From Sphingobacteriaceae bacterium (GTDB taxonomy: Bacteria > Bacteroidota > Bacteroidia > B-17B0 > Aurantibacillaceae): 64,000 nucleotides of DNA. The position numbers and the translations under genes were made by a program. The number at the start of each line of letters is the position of its first letter. Positions within the stretch are counted from its first letter, which is position 1. The notes beneath the pieces are model-generated. The model saw only the letters and a program-made list of their open reading frames with translations. It had not been told where the DNA came from and did not search any database. The stretch is taken from assembly GCA_947480015.1 (NCBI GenBank), contig CANKBS010000009.1:3255-67254 (forward strand). The letters are read 5' to 3'. Positions 30,241 to 38,851 of this stretch are shown here, piece after piece.

Positions 30241-31317
30241 ATGGCCGGAAATTCGTTTGGTACCTTATTCAAATTAAGCACCTTTGGTGAAAGTCACGGC
30301 ACCACCATTGGTGGCATCATAGATGGTTGTCCCGCCGGATTAAAAATCGATCTTGGCTTTATTCAAACTGAACTCGACCGGCGAAAACCCGGACAATCAC
30401 ACATTAGCAGTGCCAGAAAAGAAAGCGATAGCGTTGCGTTTTTATCAGGTATTTTTGAAGGACTCACAACGGGTACTCCCATTGGTTTTACCATTAAAAA
30501 CGAAGATCAAAAAAGCAAAGATTATTCACATTTAAAAGAGGCTTACCGACCTTCGCATGCTGATTATACCTGGGAGAAAAAATTCGGATTGCGCGATTAT
30601 CGCGGTGGTGGCCGAAGCAGCGCCCGTGAAACGGCTTGCCGCATTGTAGCCGGTGCCATTGCAAAATTACTTTTAAAACAACAGGGGGTTAGTGTAGAGG
30701 CTTTTGTAAAACAGGTTGGCTCTATAAAACTAGATAAAAATTTTGATGCGCTGGATCTCTCATTAACCGAAAGCACGATCGTGCGATGTCCGGATGCAGC
30801 CCTAGCCGCTGAAATGATCACCTATATTGAAGATATAAAAAAACAAGGCGATAGTGTTGGCGGGATCATTCAGTGTGTGATTAAAAATGCGCCCATAGGT
30901 TTGGGTGAACCGGTATTTGATAAGGTACCTGCCCTACTCGCTCAGGCCATGCTTAGCATTAATGCTGTAAAAGGTTTTGAGCTAGGTTCGGGTTTTGGGA
31001 GTGTGCATTTTAAAGGCTCTGAACTGAATGATGTTTTTGTAAATGAAAACGGCATCAAAACCAAAACCAATAACAGCGGCGGTGTGCAAGGTGGTATCAC
31101 AAATGGCATGCCCATTTATTTTAACGTAGCCTTTAAACCGGTGGCAACTATTATGCAGAGTCAGCAAACATTGAACACCAAGGGAGAAGAAATAACTTTA
31201 CAAGCCGGTGGTCGGCACGACCCCTGTGTATTACCCCGTGCAGTGCCTATAGTTGAAAGCATGGCAGCCCTAGTCATGGCCGATTTGATGATGTTAGCAA
31301 GATGTAACCGAATTTAA
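30241..31317 (+). CDS. aroC: Chorismate synthase
   Basis: [27 protein letters not shown] signatures. Confidence 0.96.
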   Translation: MAGNSFGTLFKLSTFGESHGTTIGGIIDGCPAGLKIDLGFIQTELDRRKPGQSHISSARKESDSVAFLSGIFEGLTTGTPIGFTIKNEDQKSKDYSHLKEAYRPSHADYTWEKKFGLRDYRGGGRSSARETACRIVAGAIAKLLLKQQGVSVEAFVKQVGSIKLDKNFDALDLSLTESTIVRCPDAALAAEMITYIEDIKKQGDSVGGIIQCVIKNAPIGLGEPVFDKVPALLAQAMLSINAVKGFELGSGFGSVHFKGSELNDVFVNENGIKTKTNNSGGVQGGITNGMPIYFNVAFKPVATIMQSQQTLNTKGEEITLQAGGRHDPCVLPRAVPIVESMAALVMADLMMLARCNRI

Positions 31318-31426
31318 GTCATACAAGCTTTGGATTTAAGATAAATTAGTGCTGTTCACCTTTTAATTTCCCTAATAAATCCATAATTTAGCGATCTCTT
31401 AAAATTATTTTTAAAACTTATATATT

Positions 31427-31442
31427 ATGGCTTTTGATATTG
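31427..31442 (+). other. attL: original 5' end of the aconitase gene (ATGGCTTTTGATATTG), core GATATTG at 31436-31442
   Basis: 14/16 identical to 57606-57621; both encode MAFDI; the left copy runs into a stop after 11 aa. Confidence 0.75.
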
Positions 31443-31463
31443 GTGTACACCTTATCAAATAAA

Positions 31464-32882
31464 TTAAGCCAAAGCGTTATTAACAGTGAGTTTCACCATC
31501 CTTTCAGAGTAAATATTTTTTGGCGAATTTTCTGTTTTCGCCAAATTTTCTTCATTTTTTTCTTCAAATTCATCAAAATTTACTTGTCTAAAAACACGTT
31601 TTTCAGGGTCTGCATCAAACTTATCTAACTTGGCAATGTACTTAAATGTCGTGGTCAATTCTGTGTGTAAACATTGGGCAGATATTTCCTGTATGTCCCA
31701 TCTTTCAACTTTATACAAATAAAGTGCTCCAGTAGCTTTTAAGCAATAAAAATTATGTAGAGTAGTAAATTCCTTACTGTAGCCCAGTTCGTTTCTTAAA
31801 ATATCGTTCCAGAGGTTAGAAGCCCACATGCGGTTCCTAAGATGTTCCCCCTTCCTTTGACGAAATGCTTTAGAACTTTTGTTTGGTCTTGGTCTAAAAG
31901 TTGGAGGGAACAATAGTTTCTCGGGTTGCATTGGGTCATAGTTATTGGTTGATATTAAATATTCAATCACATGATTAGGAATGCTAATAGTACCCGACTG
32001 ACCATTTTTAACAATGCTGGAGTATACTTCGATATTGTAGTTCTTTGCGTTCTTTTTTACATTAATACACTTTAATTTTAAAATCGTGTCGCCACGCAGG
32101 AGACCATAATACATTAACATCGCAAATCCGAAGAGCTCCTTGTACTTTCGTTTTGTCTTTTGCTTCAAGTGATGCATAATTTTCTTGTAATCTTGATTTG
32201 CCAAAGGCATGTTTTTATTTTTGTCATTGCTTTTAACCCTAGAAGCTTTGGTTACCGGATTAACGGGCAACAATTGACTATAGGCATTGAAAAAAGCATG
32301 TATCTTTGACCGATAGGTTTTTCGGGTATTGTCTGACCAATCCTTTCGATATTTTGCCCAGTTTGCAAATACTTCATTACAAATGCCCTCTGTCATATCT
32401 TTTATAGTCAATTCCTTTAGCCCTGCTTTACCATATTCATCTTGCAAAGAATCTTTAAAAGCATCCAAGGCATTGAAATATAGGTCTTGGTTGGAGATAC
32501 TTTCGTTTGTCTGATAACGCATCTGCACATATTCATCAATCAGGTTTGTGATTGGGATGAATTCCGCTGAGCGTCTACGTTTTAATACTGCTTTCCAGTT
32601 TTTCTCATTAATTCCCTTGTCATACTGACCTGAGACAATATCTTCTGCGACTTTAGGTAAAATATTGTTATCTACATATTCTGTCATTGCTTTTTTACTG
32701 CCTTGACAATGTTCTCTGAGTTGCTCAAAGCCGTGAAATTGACAATAAGTACCAATGTTTCTTATTTTACCTACAAACATTGACCCTTTGATATGGTCAA
32801 ATGCACCATAGTAAATGTAACAATGGTATGCTTTTCGTGAAAATTTAAAAGTTGGTTGTTTGAATGTTTTAATATTTTTCAT
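31464..32882 (-). CDS. int: Tyrosine recombinase / integrase (divergent)
   Basis: YYGLLRGD (Arg), VKNGQ (Lys), YCLKATG at the HxxR position, QCLHTELTTTFKY (His and nucleophile Tyr); adjacent to attL. Confidence 0.85.
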   Translation of the reverse strand: MKNIKTFKQPTFKFSRKAYHCYIYYGAFDHIKGSMFVGKIRNIGTYCQFHGFEQLREHCQGSKKAMTEYVDNNILPKVAEDIVSGQYDKGINEKNWKAVLKRRRSAEFIPITNLIDEYVQMRYQTNESISNQDLYFNALDAFKDSLQDEYGKAGLKELTIKDMTEGICNEVFANWAKYRKDWSDNTRKTYRSKIHAFFNAYSQLLPVNPVTKASRVKSNDKNKNMPLANQDYKKIMHHLKQKTKRKYKELFGFAMLMYYGLLRGDTILKLKCINVKKNAKNYNIEVYSSIVKNGQSGTISIPNHVIEYLISTNNYDPMQPEKLLFPPTFRPRPNKSSKAFRQRKGEHLRNRMWASNLWNDILRNELGYSKEFTTLHNFYCLKATGALYLYKVERWDIQEISAQCLHTELTTTFKYIAKLDKFDADPEKRVFRQVNFDEFEEKNEENLAKTENSPKNIYSERMVKLTVNNALA

Positions 32883-32883
32883 T

Positions 32884-33375
32884 TTAATATATTTTTTCGA
32901 TTAAGATTATTGGATTAATTGTGTCCTTTGTTTTTGTTATGTTTTTTTGAGGATAAGGAATAGCCTCACCTACTCTGCTTGCAATTGTTTCAAATGGTTC
33001 TAGATTTAACTCGTAACCATCAATGAATTTTATATTAACCGGACTGGCTCTAATGTTTTTGAAATACAGCCAGTCAGCATTAAACAATGATTCGTAATTC
33101 AAATTATTAAAATCAATATATCCGAGTGTCGTAAAATCCTCAATAGAAATTAGCTTACACGGAAGTTCATTTTTGTTGAATCCGAAGTCACGTCGGCAGG
33201 TTTTAAATAAAAACTTCATAAATTGAGGACGGGTATATACCTGAGATAGCTGTGAAATAATCTCTTCACCTGAACCTTTTAAATACATACCGCCAAATAA
33301 CTTTTGAGATACTAGTGCAATTTCTTCCTGAATTAGGATGATTCGACCTGTTGTGATGGTTGTTGCTATACTCAT
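32884..33375 (-). CDS. Hypothetical protein
   Basis: 163-aa ORF tightly coupled to both neighbours. Confidence 0.6.
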   Translation of the reverse strand: MSIATTITTGRIILIQEEIALVSQKLFGGMYLKGSGEEIISQLSQVYTRPQFMKFLFKTCRRDFGFNKNELPCKLISIEDFTTLGYIDFNNLNYESLFNADWLYFKNIRASPVNIKFIDGYELNLEPFETIASRVGEAIPYPQKNITKTKDTINPIILIEKIY

Positions 33376-33791
33376 TTTGACTCTTTTGAAGGGTTTGTAA
33401 CTGCGGTCGAATATCCAGCATTATTTTTTTTGGAGCTGGATGATTTGCTTTTATTTGTTGGCTCCTCAAAACGCTCGTCATAATTGCCTATGAATTTGGA
33501 ATTTACCTTTGAATCATAATCTTTAAGTATTTCTCTTATTTCACTATCTGGTTTTGCTAAAAGGAATTGTCTTATTACTGCAACATTCAAGAATTTCAAG
33601 GTGTTAATTATGGTGTCAGGTTTCACATTTGACATATCTATTATTAGTAACAACTCAAATAGAAGTTTCTCTGCAATTCGCTCATTAAAATCGAACCGAT
33701 TTGTTGCCAGCTCTTTAGACAACATTAATACTTTACCATCCTCGCTTGCAGTGAGATTCGATTTTTCTGCATTTGTTTTTTTAATTTTCAT
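33372..33791 (-). CDS. Hypothetical protein
   Basis: 139-aa ORF overlapping both neighbours. Confidence 0.6.
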   Translation of the reverse strand: MKIKKTNAEKSNLTASEDGKVLMLSKELATNRFDFNERIAEKLLFELLLIIDMSNVKPDTIINTLKFLNVAVIRQFLLAKPDSEIREILKDYDSKVNSKFIGNYDERFEEPTNKSKSSSSKKNNAGYSTAVTNPSKESK

Positions 33792-34569
33792 GATTTTTCG
33801 TTTTTATTTGTTTAATTTTTTTGCTTTTAATAGGGAATTCTTGAACTCTAAGGCTTTTTTTCCATTCAGCTTTAGTTGCTCCATGTCTGTCATTAAGTCC
33901 AAAAGATTTCGCAAGGTGAGTGCCGAGCTGTTTAAGAAATACAGCCACCTTATGTCTTTTGCAATCACCTATCATTTTATAGAGCCATATCTCATTGCAT
34001 GGTCTGAACCTGTATTTGCCGGTACTATTTCCGCTTTCTCCACCTAGTATTATCCAATGAAAGTCATACTCTTCATAAATACTCGTAAAATCGATGTATT
34101 CTAGGAGAGGCTCCGCTGAAATAAATCGAATTTTGGCGGGGATTTGACCCAGCACTTTGGCTCTATGAATAGCCTTATCATTCTCGATGGTGACACCGAG
34201 CCAAACATTCTCATATCCAGTTCCCCAGTCGGGCGGTAGGCATTGACTAATCCTTTCAGGTCGTTTGGTAAGAATCTGATATGTGTGGTGAGGAGTGGCT
34301 CTGATAATCTGCCATATTTCATCACGCCAAGCATCAGCTTCCTCAATAAAAAAGTCACTCCAAGAGCAAGTGAAGATTATTTTACCTTCCTTCCATTTTA
34401 GAGGGTCGTTAAAAGCAGTTTTTGATTTTTGAACGACATTGCCATCTTTACCATATCTCGCCTTATCGCGAAACATATAGCAATATTTACAGCCATCACT
34501 AACCTTGTGACAGCCATGGTGTGGATTCCAAGTGGCATCCGTCCATTGAATTTCAGTTTGTATCCCCAT
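33781..34569 (-). CDS. DUF5131 / phage Gp37-Gp68 family radical-SAM-like protein
   Basis: IQWTDATWNP, GCHKVSDGCKYCY, FTCSWSDFF, QILTKRP, WLGVTIEN, FISAEPLL, WIILGGESG, FLKQLG. Confidence 0.92.
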   Translation of the reverse strand: MGIQTEIQWTDATWNPHHGCHKVSDGCKYCYMFRDKARYGKDGNVVQKSKTAFNDPLKWKEGKIIFTCSWSDFFIEEADAWRDEIWQIIRATPHHTYQILTKRPERISQCLPPDWGTGYENVWLGVTIENDKAIHRAKVLGQIPAKIRFISAEPLLEYIDFTSIYEEYDFHWIILGGESGNSTGKYRFRPCNEIWLYKMIGDCKRHKVAVFLKQLGTHLAKSFGLNDRHGATKAEWKKSLRVQEFPIKSKKIKQIKTKNHEN

Positions 34570-34666
34570 TCTATATATTTTTATATCGCAAAGAAACAGC
34601 GAATAAAATGGGTAATCTTCCCAAAAAAATTAATGTTAAGATTGGGAAGATTGGGAAGATTTGTGA

Positions 34667-35377
34667 TTAAGAGCCATAGGAGATTCTTGAAATTAAATCT
34701 CTTAATTCTTCATCTATATTATGTCTCTCAATAAGCTTGTAAGGAGTTCTAAATTCACTTCCGTCCTTACTCAAATTTAAACCTCTTATCTTTTCGTTAA
34801 GAACTTTTACATAGACCTTCTCTGAAAATTTGCGAATTAATTGTTTCTCCTTGTTTCTGAGTAATTCTAATACCCAAGAAGCAATTACTCCCTTATGCTT
34901 ACCAATATAAACGTTACCGGCACTGACTGAAGGTTTTCTAAGTTTCCGTAACACATCCAAACACTTTTCAGCAAGTTCCGGTGAATCAAAAAGTTCATCG
35001 AAAGATATTGGTTTACTTAATTCAGAAAACTCGTTTTGAATTTTAATTAATTCTATAGTTGGGTCTAAATCAAAATTAAACCCCTTTTCGTGTAATTTCT
35101 CAAAATACTTACCGAATGCCTTAAGCTCATTTTTATTGTCTTTATTAATTGAAATTGTGTTTACTGTTAATGCATATTGAATACCCCAATCACTACCGAA
35201 AGTTTTTCTAAGTAATATGATAGTTTCTTTATCGTAAGCAAACTCTGCTTCAAGCGAATAAACAAGCCCATCATGTAAATGCACGTTTTTCGCTTTTACC
35301 CAGTTACGAGTTTCTGTAATTGTCTTGAACCCAAGCCAATTCCTTAAATATTCTATTGTCCACCAATCAATTCTCAT
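34667..35377 (-). CDS. Hypothetical protein, possible N-terminal HTH/excisionase-like segment
   Basis: 236-aa ORF; WTIEYLRNWLGFKTITETRNWV resembles a short DNA-binding HTH (inference). Confidence 0.55.
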   Translation of the reverse strand: MRIDWWTIEYLRNWLGFKTITETRNWVKAKNVHLHDGLVYSLEAEFAYDKETIILLRKTFGSDWGIQYALTVNTISINKDNKNELKAFGKYFEKLHEKGFNFDLDPTIELIKIQNEFSELSKPISFDELFDSPELAEKCLDVLRKLRKPSVSAGNVYIGKHKGVIASWVLELLRNKEKQLIRKFSEKVYVKVLNEKIRGLNLSKDGSEFRTPYKLIERHNIDEELRDLISRISYGS

Positions 35378-35496
35378 AGCTCTATCGTTTTTTCTATTAA
35401 TACTTTTCTTTCTAAACCGAGTGGGCGAATAGTGATTACTTTACCTATTAGCTCCTCAAGCATTTTATTTGCTACTATTTTTCGTTGTTTCGCCAT
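35374..35496 (-). CDS. Small 40-aa ORF (MAKQRKIVANKMLEELIGKV...), absent from the ORF track
   Basis: ATG at 35496 after an A-rich leader; TGA overlaps the next ATG (ATGA coupling). Confidence 0.5.
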   Translation of the reverse strand: MAKQRKIVANKMLEELIGKVITIRPLGLERKVLIEKTIEL

Positions 35497-35579
35497 TTTA
35501 TATTTGTTTTTAATGTTTTAACGGATTCGATTATAATTTGGTTACAGAATTTTCAAACTTTATTTTTTTTTATTTTGGG

Positions 35580-35611
35580 CGATTGGCAGAAGCCTAGTCC
35601 GACTATTCGTA
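35580..35611 (+). repeat. Copy 1 of 32-bp motif CG(A/C)TTGGCAGAANNCTNNTCNGN6CGTA
   Basis: Identical spacing in four copies (35580, 37348, 38672, 41511). Confidence 0.8.
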
Positions 35612-35912
35612 ATGGTTGATTAAGCATTTTTATAGACTAAACAATTCTAAAAAATAATGTTGTCAAGTATTACAGATAATTATCTACGCAAGATATTTTG
35701 ACAGAAGAATTTTTTTCCTTTATACTGCTCTTGTATAAGAATGTATTGGGATTCGCAGTTCCTGTAAAATTATTTTTACAAAACCTTGACATTTTAAATA
35801 TTACCCTTTATTTATGTAGGACTAGGTCAAGTAGTTTTAAACAGAATTTTTAATCCTGATGCTGAGTAGGTGCTTGACCCACTGAAAGGCAATCAGGATT
35901 TTTATTTTAATC

Positions 35913-37076
35913 ATGTGTTATGAAATAAATCTTTATGAATCAGTAAAAAAACCAAAAGTAAAATCCACAATTACAACAGATGCTCTTTTTGAAATTATCC
36001 GCAGTGGCGGTAGTAATTTAGAATTAATAAATAAAGCTCGCAATCTGGGAAAACAGCACGTTGAATATCAAGATATAAAAACTAATCTTCCAGCCGTCAC
36101 GTGGAGTTTCCTGTTTGAAGGTTACAAAAAAGACAAGAACATTATAAACAGCACCGGGCTAATTTATTATGATATAGATGTGGCACTGACAATGAACTTG
36201 AATACAGATTACATTTTTGCAAAATACCAATCACTTTCAAATGTTGGCTCCACAATAATCGTGAAGGTTTCCGGAGTAACAATAAATAACTTCAGTGCAA
36301 CCTATTGTGCTATTGCTAATAAATTGGGAATAATTGACCTTATAGATAGCAATGCTTCGAAGAGAACCCAATTTAATGTGATTTCTTATGACCCAAATAT
36401 TTTTACAAATAATGAGTCATTTTGCTTCAGTGCAGAAACAATGCCTGAATTTGAAGAGCCTAAATTAAATACAGCCAATGAAAATCAGAAAAATGTAAAA
36501 TGGAGGTACGACAATTATGCCGATTATTGCAAAGAAAATGACACCCAAGAATATGAGTTTGGAGTGCCTGTTGTTAGCCTCTATTTACCCTCAACCATTA
36601 AAAATGGAAAAAGAAAACATACTCTTTTATCTTATTGCAACAATCTCGTTCTGCTAAATCCAATGCGTTCCTTTGGTGAGGTCTACACTCACTTATTAGA
36701 ACGAAATTCAGAGAAATGTACAGAGCCATTAGACTCAAATGAAATCAAAGACATAGTAACTTCCATTTTCAAATACAAAAATGAAAACAAATTAAAATTT
36801 AAATATACACGTACGAAGAAAATATTTTATGGAAGAAAAAGTGGACTAACAGTTAAAGAAAGACAAAGGGAAGCCAGAAAAACTGTTGGCTGTTGGCAGA
36901 GAAACAAAACAAAAACTAAAATTTACAATGCAATAGAAAGATGGGATTCAAATAAGAAAATAACAATTAAAGAAGTTAGTCATCTAATAGGTATGTCAGT
37001 CAGAACGGTAAAGACATATTGGATTGAGTTCAAAGAGTTTGTTAAGGAAGAAAATGAGAATAAAAAGTGCAGTTAA
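35913..37076 (+). CDS. Replication/primase-like protein: BT4734/VirE-N-like domain + PriCT-like domain + C-terminal HTH
   Basis: LPAVTW...STGLIYYDID, KYQSLSNVG; GKRKHTL...PLDSNEIKDIVTSIFKY; ITIKEVSHLIGMSVRTVKTYW. Confidence 0.7.
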   Translation: MCYEINLYESVKKPKVKSTITTDALFEIIRSGGSNLELINKARNLGKQHVEYQDIKTNLPAVTWSFLFEGYKKDKNIINSTGLIYYDIDVALTMNLNTDYIFAKYQSLSNVGSTIIVKVSGVTINNFSATYCAIANKLGIIDLIDSNASKRTQFNVISYDPNIFTNNESFCFSAETMPEFEEPKLNTANENQKNVKWRYDNYADYCKENDTQEYEFGVPVVSLYLPSTIKNGKRKHTLLSYCNNLVLLNPMRSFGEVYTHLLERNSEKCTEPLDSNEIKDIVTSIFKYKNENKLKFKYTRTKKIFYGRKSGLTVKERQREARKTVGCWQRNKTKTKIYNAIERWDSNKKITIKEVSHLIGMSVRTVKTYWIEFKEFVKEENENKKCS

Positions 37077-37347
37077 CTGTTATGTATTTATTAAATAGGA
37101 AACATATAACACTTGATTGCACCTTTTTTAAATGCTAATAAAAACAAGTACTTATAAATTGCTTCATTTTTTTTGTGGAATTTTTTTTGGGAAACCAAAT
37201 CAATTGGTTGAATTAAAATATTTCAAAATTAGGTTTCGATTGTATATAGGTCTGTTCAAACTTTTGGAGCCATTAGTTTTTAGAGCTAAAATTAGATACG
37301 AGAATAGCCCCCCTATTTAGGCTCCAAATTAAGGGACTTACGTTCTT

Positions 37348-37379
37348 CGATTGGCAGAATTCTGTTCTGACAAGCCGTA
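37348..37379 (+). repeat. Copy 2 of 32-bp motif
   Basis: CGATTGGCAGAATTCTGTTCTGACAAGCCGTA. Confidence 0.8.
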
Positions 37380-37449
37380 TATAACCCAATTAAAAAAACA
37401 CAGTTAATCCAGAGCTCCCGGAGATGGAGCTGGTTTGAAAAACGGCTCG

Positions 37450-37944
37450 TTAACTTTTCATCAAATCATCTATCTTTCTTCTCTCATCCTCATTAAAAAT
37501 ATTAAACTCAATATGTCGACCTGTCTTAGAAGCGATAATCACTTGTGAAGTTTTTTTGCCGAACATTTTTAATAGAAGTCTATCTGTTATAGTAGACCCG
37601 AATAAAGCATCCCAAAAGGAAAAGAAAATAATGTATCCACCAAACCCCGCAATGCCTGCGAAAACAATAGAGGTGTAGGTAAAGAATCTTCCAATATCTC
37701 CTGTCAGTCCATTTATCGCATAGCCGATGCCGCTCCACCCAAAATAAAGTGCTAAACCGATGGCTCCAAACCTGAATGCATAATTCCAATCCGAATATTT
37801 GAGAACCCTTGCATCAACAATATTAATTCCCGCAAAATCACTTTTTTCTATAACAGTTAAAGTAAATGGTTTCAAGCACTTGTATATATATTGCGAATCC
37901 TCTATAATCAATTCACCAGAAAGAAATTGAATTTTTTCTTCCAT
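37450..37944 (-). CDS. Hypothetical membrane protein (two TM helices)
   Basis: Hydrophobic Gly-rich segments AFRFGAIGLALYFGWSGIG and IVFAGIAGFGGYIIFFSFW. Confidence 0.7.
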   Translation of the reverse strand: MEEKIQFLSGELIIEDSQYIYKCLKPFTLTVIEKSDFAGINIVDARVLKYSDWNYAFRFGAIGLALYFGWSGIGYAINGLTGDIGRFFTYTSIVFAGIAGFGGYIIFFSFWDALFGSTITDRLLLKMFGKKTSQVIIASKTGRHIEFNIFNEDERRKIDDLMKS

Positions 37945-37947
37945 AAA

Positions 37948-38325
37948 TTATTCTTTGATTGAATGGTAAACACTACCCCAACCACTCAAATAGAGCTTTT
38001 TTCCCATCGTTGACAATTCTGTTTTTTTTCCGTTATGCAAATCTATTTCCCATGCATCATGTTTTTTATTGAACTCACCAACCGACCATGTTCCATTATC
38101 TTCTCCATATGTCGGTTGACCCGATAAATTGGTGGATGTCCGCCAAGTTCCATCGTTAACGAATATGGTTGTTTGTTCTCCTCCCATATTATCTGTTCCA
38201 TTAAAACAGCATCCAACCAATTTAGTTGAAACTTCTTCTTTTGACCATTTCGATTGTGGACTGCCACAAGAGATGATGAAAAGTGTAACCACAGTTAAAA
38301 GCGAGATTATTTTAGTTGTTTTCAT
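37948..38325 (-). CDS. Hypothetical lipoprotein
   Basis: MKTTK signal, lipobox IISC. Confidence 0.72.
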   Translation of the reverse strand: MKTTKIISLLTVVTLFIISCGSPQSKWSKEEVSTKLVGCCFNGTDNMGGEQTTIFVNDGTWRTSTNLSGQPTYGEDNGTWSVGEFNKKHDAWEIDLHNGKKTELSTMGKKLYLSGWGSVYHSIKE

Positions 38326-38364
38326 AATTAATATTTTTATGGCTAATGTAGAATAAAATTGTGT

Positions 38365-38384
38365 TTACGGCAAATTTGTCGTAA
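38365..38384. promoter_or_regulatory. Palindromic operator candidate for the adjacent XRE regulator
   Basis: TTACGGCAAA/TTTGTCGTAA, 20 bp with one mismatch, between divergent starts. Confidence 0.6.
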
Positions 38385-38396
38385 GGAAATTTACCA

Positions 38397-38633
38397 GTGT
38401 TCGCCACTTTTAAGGTGGTGAAGTACTACAAATCTGAAATAGCCAAACTTGGTAAAAAAATCAAGAAAATGAGGGAGTCCAAAGGGATGACCCAAGAAAA
38501 CTTATCCGATTTATGTCAAGTGGATATTAGAACAATTCAAAGATTAGAAAAGGGTGAATTTGGCTCTGGTTTACACCTAATTTACGCGTTGGCAGATGCC
38601 TTTGAAATATCGGTTCCCGAACTTTTGACATAA
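38397..38633 (+). CDS. XRE-family HTH transcriptional regulator
   Basis: IKKMRESKGMTQENLSDLCQVDIRTIQRLEKG; true start may be a few codons downstream. Confidence 0.9.
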   Translation: MFATFKVVKYYKSEIAKLGKKIKKMRESKGMTQENLSDLCQVDIRTIQRLEKGEFGSGLHLIYALADAFEISVPELLT

Positions 38634-38671
38634 TATTTAGCCTGTAGATAAGGTATACAACTAAGTCTTAA

Positions 38672-38703
38672 CGATTGGCAGAAATCTGTTCAGTAAAATC
38701 GTA
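38672..38703 (+). repeat. Copy 3 of 32-bp motif
   Basis: CGATTGGCAGAAATCTGTTCAGTAAAATCGTA. Confidence 0.8.
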
Positions 38704-38851
38704 TAAGTTTAAATAAAAAATTTTGATGCCCACCTGTGAATTCTGGAGCCGGAGCTAAAACTGAAACTGATTAAAATAATCTTGCTTTATTTGAAAACTA
38801 ATGGCAATTTAGCTTATGAAATAAAACTTGAAAAAAAACTTCACTTAAGTA

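Noticed and set aside
31318-31463. Search for a tRNA/tmRNA integration target
   Set aside because: No tRNA-like sequence at either end; the junction repeat matches the aconitase start instead.
31434-31628. 64-aa + strand ORF at the island's left end
   Set aside because: TTG start, antisense to the integrase 3' end, no motif; the meaningful frame here is the 11-aa aconitase stub at 31427.
33601-34047. 148-aa + strand ORF opposite the DUF5131 operon
   Set aside because: Entirely antisense to two coupled minus-strand genes, with Phe/Ser-rich shadow composition.
35852-35900. CTGATG...GAAA considered as a hammerhead ribozyme
   Set aside because: The core CTGANGA is not met and the required three-stem junction with a cleavage triplet cannot be built.
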